Of a DNA stretch of 64,000 bases, positions 1 to 6,762 are shown one piece after another; position 1 is the stretch's first letter, and each line of letters opens with the position of its first letter. This DNA comes from a virus. The notes below the pieces were generated by a model. The model was not told where the DNA came from. It saw nothing but the letters and a program-made list of their open reading frames with translations, and did no database searches. Location: positions 43,395-107,394 of the IMG/VR virus record IMGVR_UViG_3300045988_179616; one strand, written 5' to 3'. The translations under genes were made by a program, and so were the position numbers.

Positions 1-15
1 GTGTGTCATTTTTTG

Positions 16-47
16 GCCCGGGCAATTCTTTAACAAGATAAAGAAAA
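16..47 (-). repeat. Conserved intergenic element, copy 1 (GCCCGGGC palindrome plus CTTTA-N6-TAAAG inverted repeat)
   Basis: gcccgggcaattctttaacaagataaagaaaa (16-47) matches gcccgggcaagttctttagcgagataaagaaaa (730-762) at about 26 of 29 positions. In minus-strand sense both copies directly follow a hairpin terminator. Confidence 0.6.
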
Positions 48-65
48 GATGGGATTCCTCCCACC
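48..65 (-). terminator. Rho-independent terminator (minus strand)
   Basis: Minus-strand GGTGGGA-GGAA-TCCCATC hairpin followed by TTTTCTTT. Confidence 0.5.
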
Positions 66-217
66 TTTATTCTTCAGAAATTTTGTTTAATTCTTTTCTC
101 ACATTTTACTTTTTTTATTTGACTTCACCATTTTTTGTGTAAAAAGCAACAGGGGCAAGTTCATAGGCACGAGGATTAGCCCAACCATTTTCTTTTTGGA
201 AAAATAGTGCCGAAGTG

Positions 218-418
218 CTATCTTTCAAAAAGGTCCTGGATACCTTGAGAAAGAAAACACTCTTTCCAAGAAAAATATTCTCTATTTTCATCAAGGTATC
301 TTTTTATTCTTTGATAGCAAGCAGAATATTCGTCTGCCGAATAATCAGAACAGAGATTCAAAAGTAATTCTTCTTCGGTGACAACTTTACAAACAGCTTC
401 ATTATAAAAAAATCTCAT
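218..418 (-). CDS. Hypothetical protein (66 aa)
   Basis: Open frame in the ORF track, in the same operon as the upstream small membrane protein. Ends in TAG. No recognisable motif. Confidence 0.45.
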   Translation of the reverse strand: MRFFYNEAVCKVVTEEELLLNLCSDYSADEYSACYQRIKRYLDENREYFSWKECFLSQGIQDLFER

Positions 419-433
419 AAAAATTCCCCTTTC

Positions 434-610
434 TTACCAATTCATAACAAAAATCCAGCCGATGAAAAATACAGCTCCAAGGGCATATATACCAGCTTTC
501 GCCGCATAATGCCAATTGTGGCTTTTTGCAAATGAATACATATTCATAAAGGACATACCAGCATACGTCAATCCAGCAAGCAGGACACCCAGTACAGCAA
601 CAACAACCAT
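434..610 (-). CDS. Small two-helix membrane protein (58 aa, below the ORF-track cutoff)
   Basis: Hand translation gives MVVVAVLGVLLAGLTYAGMSFMNMYSFAKSHNWHYAAKAGIYALGAVFFIGWIFVMNW-stop. A GAGG RBS lies upstream of the ATG at 608-610. Two hydrophobic segments are present. Confidence 0.45.
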   Translation of the reverse strand: MVVVAVLGVLLAGLTYAGMSFMNMYSFAKSHNWHYAAKAGIYALGAVFFIGWIFVMNW

Positions 611-633
611 TTCAGAAACCTCATTTCTTTTTT

Positions 634-661
634 ACTGTAATTAAATTATACTATATTTTTC
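634..661 (-). promoter_or_regulatory. Sigma-A/sigma-70 type promoter (TTGACT-16-TATAAT)
   Basis: On the minus strand, TTGACT lies at 656-661 and TATAAT at 634-639, about 25 nt upstream of the ATG at 610. Confidence 0.5.
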
Positions 662-729
662 TAAAAAGTCAAGTCCTTTTTTGAATTTTTCTGAAAAAAT
701 TTTCCTTTATTACTTTAGTGTGATGAAGT

Positions 730-762
730 GCCCGGGCAAGTTCTTTAGCGAGATAAAGAAAA
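730..762 (-). repeat. Conserved intergenic element, copy 2
   Basis: See copy 1. Follows the terminator at 766-788 in minus-strand sense and precedes the promoter at 634-661. Confidence 0.6.
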
Positions 763-765
763 AAA

Positions 766-788
766 GAACGGGTAAATTTTACCCATTC
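766..788 (-). terminator. Rho-independent terminator (minus strand)
   Basis: Minus-strand GAATGGGTAAA-A-TTTACCCGTTC hairpin followed by TTTTTTTCTTT, directly after the stop codon at 791-793. Confidence 0.55.
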
Positions 789-790
789 TT

Positions 791-928
791 TTATTTCATA
801 ATCTTTCGATAGGCTTTCACACTCTTTTCATAGTTTCCTTTTTCTACTGTTCTGAAGAAGGAAATGGTTTCCTTTGTTTCGAAACCATATCTATAAATAA
901 CTTCATCGCACATCCTTTCAATACTCAT
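791..928 (-). CDS. Hypothetical small protein (45 aa, below the ORF-track cutoff)
   Basis: Hand translation gives MSIERMCDEVIYRYGFETKETISFFRTVEKGNYEKSVKAYRKIMK-stop. An AGGAG RBS lies 9 nt upstream of the ATG at 926-928. Confidence 0.4.
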   Translation of the reverse strand: MSIERMCDEVIYRYGFETKETISFFRTVEKGNYEKSVKAYRKIMK

Positions 929-946
929 GGTGTTTAGCTCCTTTTC

Positions 947-1153
947 TTAATCATACAGGCTGAAATCTTCATCATAGGCTTCGCCGGCATAGAAGTAGTC
1001 AATGCCGTTTAGTTCAAGGCCGTTATACTTGTGTTCTCCATTCTGAAGTCGTTCATTCATTTCCTTTACGGTAGCTTTGACGTTCATGGGGTGGCAGATA
1101 GCATAGAGCCAATTATGACCATTCTTGTGGTACATACAAGGAATAACCTTCAT
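947..1153 (-). CDS. Hypothetical protein (68 aa)
   Basis: ORF-track frame with an AGAGG RBS upstream. No recognised domain. Confidence 0.5.
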   Translation of the reverse strand: MKVIPCMYHKNGHNWLYAICHPMNVKATVKEMNERLQNGEHKYNGLELNGIDYFYAGEAYDEDFSLYD

Positions 1154-1208
1154 TTTAGTAACCTCTTTTTTTTATTTGCCCGTCATGCCGATAGCACAGC
1201 CGATTGAT

Positions 1209-1424
1209 TTACAGGTTAATGCCTGCCAGCAGGAGGAACATAGGGCGGACTTCCCTATTCCACCAGTCGAAGAGCTCCCAGTCCCGGCCATTTTCCAGGG
1301 TGTAAAACTCATAGGCCCCATCCGCCCGAATATAGGCATTCCGTGCGATTTCCTTTGCGTGAGCGCAACCAACGCAATCCAGCGCGGCCTACAACTGCTT
1401 GCTGATATAGGTCTTGATATCCAT
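1209..1424 (-). pseudogene. GC-rich 71-codon reading frame interrupted by one in-frame TAG (codon 12)
   Basis: Hand translation gives MDIKTYISKQL-TAG-AALDCVGCAHAKEIARNAYIRADGAYEFYTLENGRDWELFDWWNREVRPMFLLLAGINL-TAA. A GGAGAAGGG RBS lies upstream of the ATG at 1422-1424. The TAG is at 1389-1391. Confidence 0.35.
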
Positions 1425-1467
1425 ATTTTTTTCCCTTCTCCCCGTATCGCCGTTAGGTCAGCGTTTT

Positions 1468-1935
1468 TTACTTATTGTCTTTTGCCATCAGTCGGAACAG
1501 CTGTCCCTCGGACAAGAAACTTGCTTTCTGATACTTGATTTGATAGGGCTTGCCGTCAATCTCGATATCTCCGGCTTCTGTAAATGGGATATTATCGGCT
1601 TTCCATTTCTGCCCATAGAATTCAGTGACCAGCTTTTCAAACATCTGTCCCCGGTTGTATTTGCTATTAGCTACCAAATTTTCAAGGTAACTAACGGAAC
1701 ATAGCGGAATGGACTCACCATTGGCTATTAGCTCTATTTTTTGGGCTGTTGTGGGGGCAAATTTTAATGTTTGTCCCTGTCCCCGGCTTGCGGTTTGTGT
1801 GGTCAAGTAGTGTTCCATATCCGCCATATTACAGGCTTTTTTTACCATGTAGACCGTTCCCCGAACAGCTACACCAAAAATGTAGTTATGAGTAAAAGCA
1901 TGATTATAATAGCATTCAATCAGGTTTTTTTTCAT
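1468..1935 (-). CDS. Hypothetical protein (155 aa)
   Basis: Long open frame with a GGGAGG RBS. First gene after the divergent promoter region. No family confidently recognised. Confidence 0.6.
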   Translation of the reverse strand: MKKNLIECYYNHAFTHNYIFGVAVRGTVYMVKKACNMADMEHYLTTQTASRGQGQTLKFAPTTAQKIELIANGESIPLCSVSYLENLVANSKYNRGQMFEKLVTEFYGQKWKADNIPFTEAGDIEIDGKPYQIKYQKASFLSEGQLFRLMAKDNK

Positions 1936-1952
1936 TATAAGAACCTCCCTTC

Positions 1953-1982
1953 ATTATCAGAATTTTTTTATTGACTTGTCAA
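1953..1982 (-). promoter_or_regulatory. Sigma-70 type promoter (TTGACA-18-GATAAT) for the leftward accessory operon
   Basis: Minus strand reads TTGACAAGTCAATAAAAAAATTCTGATAAT. The -35 element is part of the TTGAC-TT-GTCAA inverted repeat. Confidence 0.45.
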
Positions 1983-2146
1983 GGTACATCGGTCTGCTGC
2001 CGGATTGCTTTTCCATGGTCTTATGTTACCATATCCCGAGCCAGAAGTCAACATTTTTAAGCTAAAAACCTGCACAAAAATAGCCGGGGGTTATTTTCTA
2101 AAATTGTGCATTTTGACGAACGCCTCCCAAAACGGGTCTGGAACAT

Positions 2147-2247
2147 TTTCTCACCGAGATTAAAAATCGAAAACAAAACTCATAAATTTTCTCACCGAGA
2201 TTAAAAATCGAAACTCCTACTTCCTCTTTTTCTCACCGAGATTAAAA
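2147..2247 (+). repeat. Three direct repeats TTTTCTCACCGAGATTAAAA(ATCGAAA), phased at 40 bp
   Basis: Copies start at 2147, 2187 and 2227. The first two are identical over 27 bp. A degenerate fourth copy (cttcaccgaaaatt) lies at 2253-2266. All lie 35-135 bp upstream of the promoter at 2281-2310. Confidence 0.85.
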
Positions 2248-2280
2248 TTTAGCTTCACCGAAAATTTCCTCCCCAAAAAT

Positions 2281-2310
2281 TTGACTCCAACCTTTCTCCC
2301 ATGGTATAAT
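2281..2310 (+). promoter_or_regulatory. Extended -10 sigma-70 type promoter (TTGACT-18-TGgTATAAT) for the rightward arm
   Basis: TTGACT lies at 2281-2286 and TATAAT at 2305-2310, preceded by TGG. The AAGGAG RBS and ATG at 2366 follow. Confidence 0.6.
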
Positions 2311-2365
2311 AAAAATAGAAACTAAGAGCCAATCACACTTTGGCTTATACATAAGGAGCGTATTA

Positions 2366-3685
2366 ATGAATCGTCTAAATCTCGACTTCTCACTTTCCAG
2401 TGATGAAGCCCGCGCCGAATACGTCCAAACCTATATCCAAAACTTCGACGCAGAAAAACCTCTCACAAGTTCCGAACTCGAAAAAATCGCCGACTATCTC
2501 CTATGGGGCAAAAATTCCGAAGGCCTCTCCTCAGACAAAAGCGCAAATATCGAACTAAAGTCTACATGGTCATCTCATCCATTAGTCTCTCTCGACGAAT
2601 TACGTGAAAGTCCCGCCTTTAATGAAGACTCAATCCGCCCCATAAGCGACACCCCAACCAAAACTTCGAAACAAAAATTCTCACGCCAACTCGCGCGCAA
2701 AAACGCCCCGCCTCACATACTCGCCCTATTGGAACCACTCTGGCGTGAAATTGACGAAATCGACTTCCAGCTCTCAACCTACGAAGTTCGAACCGGTAAA
2801 AAAGAAAAAGTTCGCGAAGACCTGCGCGCCCAGTTTACTCCTTCCGAACTCCAAAGCCTCGAAGAAAAATCAAAACTCCTAAATCCCTACTCCTACCTAA
2901 AACAAAAACGTCTCCTAATCGAAAAACGACGTGAACAATTCACTCTCCAAGATTTCTACCAGACAAAACTCCAACGCTTTATCCCTCACACCTATAACCC
3001 ACTCGAAACCCCAATCTTCGATGCTGATATCCCCATCTATCCACTCGGCCTAAAAGGACCTTCAAATTTAGCACGGGCTCTCTTCCCCGAAGGAAGATTT
3101 CCAATTCCCTCAGACTTAAAAAGTGAAAAAGACCAGCGCGCCCTCTCAACTCAAATCTGGACCCCTCGTTCCTCTCGCTACTTTGACTTTGAGGATTTGG
3201 CACATCTTCAAGCTTTGGTAAAAATTTGGGATTCCCTAGAAGAAGGACTAGACTCTTTACCTCTCGAAAGTACATTGCGAGCCCTCTTTGAAACTTTTGA
3301 ATGGTATAAATCCCTAGCTGACCTGACCCCCCTCGAAGAAGATATCTTCCAACTAAAAATGGCCCACCAACAAAACCAGCCAATCGTTGAATACATCAAC
3401 AAAAAATACAACAAAACCTATAACTCAAACTATATCTCCACTATTTTCCACCAAAAAGCCCTCTCAAAAATTTGCGCGGCTGCCGCAACCCATCGTGAGC
3501 ACGCCGAAAATTTATTTTTCCCTGAAAATTTCAAACGTTGTAAAGATTGTGGAAGAACCTTACTTCTGGATAGTAAGTATTTTATGAGGAGACAAAGTTC
3601 TCGTGATGGATATTCTTGTCGGTGTAAGAAGTGCGACCGGCTATTACGATATAAAAGAGAAGGGCGTGAAGCCCCCTTGGTATAA
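2366..3685 (+). CDS. Hypothetical protein (439 aa) with C-terminal Cx2C-x22-CxCx2C zinc ribbon; function unknown
   Basis: Long ORF with RBS. C-terminal sequence is CKDCGRTLLLDSKYFMRRQSSRDGYSCRCKKC. The coding strand is strongly C-rich and G-poor, unlike neighbouring genes. Confidence 0.7.
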   Translation: MNRLNLDFSLSSDEARAEYVQTYIQNFDAEKPLTSSELEKIADYLLWGKNSEGLSSDKSANIELKSTWSSHPLVSLDELRESPAFNEDSIRPISDTPTKTSKQKFSRQLARKNAPPHILALLEPLWREIDEIDFQLSTYEVRTGKKEKVREDLRAQFTPSELQSLEEKSKLLNPYSYLKQKRLLIEKRREQFTLQDFYQTKLQRFIPHTYNPLETPIFDADIPIYPLGLKGPSNLARALFPEGRFPIPSDLKSEKDQRALSTQIWTPRSSRYFDFEDLAHLQALVKIWDSLEEGLDSLPLESTLRALFETFEWYKSLADLTPLEEDIFQLKMAHQQNQPIVEYINKKYNKTYNSNYISTIFHQKALSKICAAAATHREHAENLFFPENFKRCKDCGRTLLLDSKYFMRRQSSRDGYSCRCKKCDRLLRYKREGREAPLV

Positions 3686-3696
3686 AGGAGAAAACT

Positions 3697-3966
3697 ATGG
3701 ATAAAAATAATCGTACAAAAATTTTTATGGAGCTATTAGTAGGACTAGAGGCTATTGAGTTTGTGGGCCTTTGTAAGTTTTTGGGCGTCCGACTCGTTGA
3801 GAAAAAGAGCGAGCCGGCGCCAACTACGCCCAATGATGAAGCTCCTAAAAAATCCGAAACCCGTGATTTTTCAGACTTATTTAGTGATTTGCTCCAAAAA
3901 TTTTCAAACCTATCTCGGCCTCGTCAGCGCGAACTCATAAAAATCCTCAAAAAAGTCAACAAATAA
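3697..3966 (+). CDS. Hypothetical protein (89 aa)
   Basis: ORF with an AAAGGAG RBS. Basic C-terminus. Confidence 0.55.
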   Translation: MDKNNRTKIFMELLVGLEAIEFVGLCKFLGVRLVEKKSEPAPTTPNDEAPKKSETRDFSDLFSDLLQKFSNLSRPRQRELIKILKKVNK

Positions 3967-3984
3967 AAAGGAGGATTAGTAGTA

Positions 3985-4974
3985 ATGCCACTACAACCGA
4001 ATATACCAAAACAAAAACGCTCATTTCTTACAAAAGAATGCCCGCGTTGTAAGCAACAACAACTAGAAGAAGATTTCACAAAAACTCACTCGATTTTCTA
4101 CCCAGATGGAGTACTTCCCATCTGTAATGATTGTATTACTCATTACCTCAAACAGAATGAGTTTAGTTGGCGCGCAGTTGATAAAGTCTGTCAATGGGCC
4201 GATATCCCCTTCATTGTGAAAGAGTTTGAGAGGCTAAGAGATTTGAATTCTGATGATACTGTTTGGGGCGTTTATGCAAAAGTCTTTGCAACAGAAGAAT
4301 ATAAGAATTTAGGATGGGACAGTTATAACTCCCAATATCTCGAACTAAAAAAAGTTGGACTTATTGAGGATGAGATTCCATTAGTAAAGGAAAAGCATTT
4401 TGAGGAATTGCGCCGACGCTGGGGAGGCAACTATGATGATGATGAACTCTATTACTTAGAGGACCTCTATAAAGGCTTGCTTCTTTCTCAAAACGTATCT
4501 GGCGCGCTAGCGATTGACCAAGCTCAAAAGCTCTGTAAGCTTTCGTTAGAAATAGATAAACGAATCCGTGCCGGCGACAAAGACGTCGATAAATTCCTCT
4601 CATCTTATGATAAGATTGTGAAGACAGCAGATTTTACTCCTAAGTCAGTCAAAAACGCAACCGACTTTGATAACATTGGAGAACTGATGCTCTGGCTCGA
4701 AAAGCGCGGGCACCAAAACAAATTCTATGATAATACTACTAGAGATGTTATCGATGAGACTTTGAAAAATATTGAAGCTTGGAATCAGCGTTTATATATA
4801 AATGAAGGTGGTCTTGGAGATGAGGTGACCGCGCGACTTCAGGCTCTTCAAAATGTCGCTCAAACAGATAACTTTTATGACCTCCAAGCAGACAACTTTG
4901 ATGCGGATGTCTATGAGGCCGAAGCTTTCAAAGAGGATGAAAGTGAGGAGTTCGATGCGGGAGGAACCCTCTAA
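3985..4974 (+). CDS. Zn-ribbon protein (329 aa); possible small terminase or packaging accessory subunit (positional inference only)
   Basis: N-terminal sequence is CPRCKQQQLEEDFTKTHSIFYPDGVLPICNDC. Its stop overlaps the TerL start (TAATG). Acidic C-terminus. Confidence 0.6.
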   Translation: MPLQPNIPKQKRSFLTKECPRCKQQQLEEDFTKTHSIFYPDGVLPICNDCITHYLKQNEFSWRAVDKVCQWADIPFIVKEFERLRDLNSDDTVWGVYAKVFATEEYKNLGWDSYNSQYLELKKVGLIEDEIPLVKEKHFEELRRRWGGNYDDDELYYLEDLYKGLLLSQNVSGALAIDQAQKLCKLSLEIDKRIRAGDKDVDKFLSSYDKIVKTADFTPKSVKNATDFDNIGELMLWLEKRGHQNKFYDNTTRDVIDETLKNIEAWNQRLYINEGGLGDEVTARLQALQNVAQTDNFYDLQADNFDADVYEAEAFKEDESEEFDAGGTL

Positions 4975-6761
4975 TGGCTGTAATTACTTTGCGCGACCCT
5001 ACTTCAATTTATAACTCCCAAAATCGTCTTTTTAGAGAAGGGATCGAATTAGAAAAAGGAGTTGTTATAACTGAGGAATTCTTAGAGCGAAATGAGAAGT
5101 TTCTGGAAGAGGAGCTTCAACTTTATACAGTTTATCCTGACATCTATTTAGATACAATAAAACCCATTGACTCCCAATTTGATTTGTTTCCTTATCAACG
5201 CTTATTTCTGCGCGCGCTTATGCGTTATAATCAAATCTATATTACCGCAACTCGCGCAGCTTCAAAGTCATTTCTAAGCGTCCTTGGGCTCTATCTTCAG
5301 TGTGTCTTTATCCCTAATCATAGATGCTCGATTGTCGCCCCTGTCAAGACGCAAGGCGTAAAGATTATGAGACAGAAAGTAGAAGAAATCATAAAGATTT
5401 GGCCTTTATTAGAGAAAGAGCTTGAAGTTTTTATGGGGAAGCCTCATATGAACTTTTCAAAAGATGTGGCCGAGCTTTACTTCAAGAATGGCTCCAAATT
5501 TACTTGCGAGGGCGCTACGGACTCATCACGTGGTCTCAGACTTCACTCAACATTCCTCGACGAGGTACGTGATGCTGATGGAGATATTATTTCCGAAGTT
5601 ATACTTCCTCAACTAAATGTTTCTCGGCGTGACGCAAATGGTCTAGTAAATCCTTATGAAGTTTGTAACCAGCAAGTTATTGCTGGAACTTCAGCAGGTA
5701 TGAAGTCTTCTTATGCTTATTCACTTCTAATAGAAACAATGATACAAGCAATAATTGACCCAAAAAGAGCCTTTGTTATGGGTCTAGACTATCGTATTCC
5801 TGCCCAGCATGGCTTGGTTGATAAAAAACACGTTGAGAAATTGAGGATGTCTTCAGCCTATAACGAAATGACATTCGCATCAGAGTTCATGGGGACTTGG
5901 AGTGGAGGAAGCGAGGAATCTTGGTTTGATTTTGAGAAACTTTCTAAATATCGAACAAAGAAAAATCCAGAATTTACTCAGAAATTTAGAAACCAGCAGA
6001 ATTGTTTCTACTTTATCAGTGTAGACGTAGGACGCCTACAAGACTCAACAATTGCTTGTATCTTTCGAGAAAACATCAAGAATGACAAATACTACTCAAC
6101 TCTCGTCAATATTGAGGTTCTTGGAAGACAAGCAGAAACAAAAACCTTTACACAACAAGCAATTGATTTGAAGCTTCTGATTGAGAGATATAATCCTCGA
6201 GAAGTTTTGATCGACTGCAATGGTTTAGGTTTAGGCCTCGCAGATGAGATGATAAAAACTCATACAGATGCGCGAGGTCGTGAGCTTCCTGCATACGGCT
6301 TTTTCAATAACGATGATTACAAAAAAATCCAACCTAAAGACTCTATTCCTATTTTATATTCTATGAAAGCAAATGGCCCCCTAAAATCAAAAATCAATGG
6401 TAATGCCTATTCTCGTTTGAGTGGCGGATTGGTTCGGTTCTTGATTAGTGAGCAGGAGGCGCGCAATGCTCTTCTTGGAACGAAAGTTGGTCAAAAAATG
6501 ACAATGCGCGAGCGAGTCCAACGGCTACTTCCTCATGAGCAGACAACAAAACTTTTTGAAGAAATGGGTAATCTTCGCGTCAAAAATGTAGGTATAGATA
6601 TAGTCCTTGAAGCGATAAATAAACGGTTCCATGATGACCGCTATTATGCTTTTGCTTATGGGTTATGGCGTATCAAAGAGATTGAAGAGGCTCAAATGAA
6701 AAAACAACGAAGACGGGGCGCTGGAAAACGCAACCTAATATTCTTTACGGGAGGGGCATAA
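4974..6761 (+). CDS. terL: Terminase large subunit
   Basis: 595 aa. Walker-A-like ITATRAASKSF, Walker-B-like STFLDEVRD, and C-terminal nuclease-like acidic motifs (FISVDVGR, LIDCNGLG). Canonical position upstream of the portal gene. Confidence 0.85.
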   Translation: MAVITLRDPTSIYNSQNRLFREGIELEKGVVITEEFLERNEKFLEEELQLYTVYPDIYLDTIKPIDSQFDLFPYQRLFLRALMRYNQIYITATRAASKSFLSVLGLYLQCVFIPNHRCSIVAPVKTQGVKIMRQKVEEIIKIWPLLEKELEVFMGKPHMNFSKDVAELYFKNGSKFTCEGATDSSRGLRLHSTFLDEVRDADGDIISEVILPQLNVSRRDANGLVNPYEVCNQQVIAGTSAGMKSSYAYSLLIETMIQAIIDPKRAFVMGLDYRIPAQHGLVDKKHVEKLRMSSAYNEMTFASEFMGTWSGGSEESWFDFEKLSKYRTKKNPEFTQKFRNQQNCFYFISVDVGRLQDSTIACIFRENIKNDKYYSTLVNIEVLGRQAETKTFTQQAIDLKLLIERYNPREVLIDCNGLGLGLADEMIKTHTDARGRELPAYGFFNNDDYKKIQPKDSIPILYSMKANGPLKSKINGNAYSRLSGGLVRFLISEQEARNALLGTKVGQKMTMRERVQRLLPHEQTTKLFEEMGNLRVKNVGIDIVLEAINKRFHDDRYYAFAYGLWRIKEIEEAQMKKQRRRGAGKRNLIFFTGGA

Positions 6762-6762
6762 T

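Noticed and set aside
1389-1391. Genome-wide TAG stop-codon reassignment (as in some gut phages)
   Set aside because: All large genes are open in the standard code without in-frame TAG. TAG also acts as a genuine stop at 14497-14499, followed by an RBS and the next gene. The single in-frame TAG is more simply a pseudogene or a local event.
1125-1704. Plus-strand ORFs 1125-1538 and 1414-1704
   Set aside because: They are antisense to better-supported minus-strand genes that have RBSs and an operon context. The GC-rich islet inflates random ORF length. They lack RBSs.
2147-2266. Possible miniature CRISPR array (regularly spaced direct repeats)
   Set aside because: There are only three full copies. 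The intervening 'spacers' are about 13 bp. There is no cas context. The repeats sit in a promoter-proximal control region, so they are treated as iterons or operators instead.
2979-3414. Antisense ORFs inside gene 2366-3685. The same applies to similar antisense or nested ORFs such as 18517-18762, 20775-21056, 22276-22632, 27073-27324, 42779-43213, 45084-45413, 52464-52766 and 56576-56869.
   Set aside because: They lie within long, motif-supported genes on the opposite strand or another frame. Their composition is low-complexity or biased. They lack RBSs. They are judged spurious.
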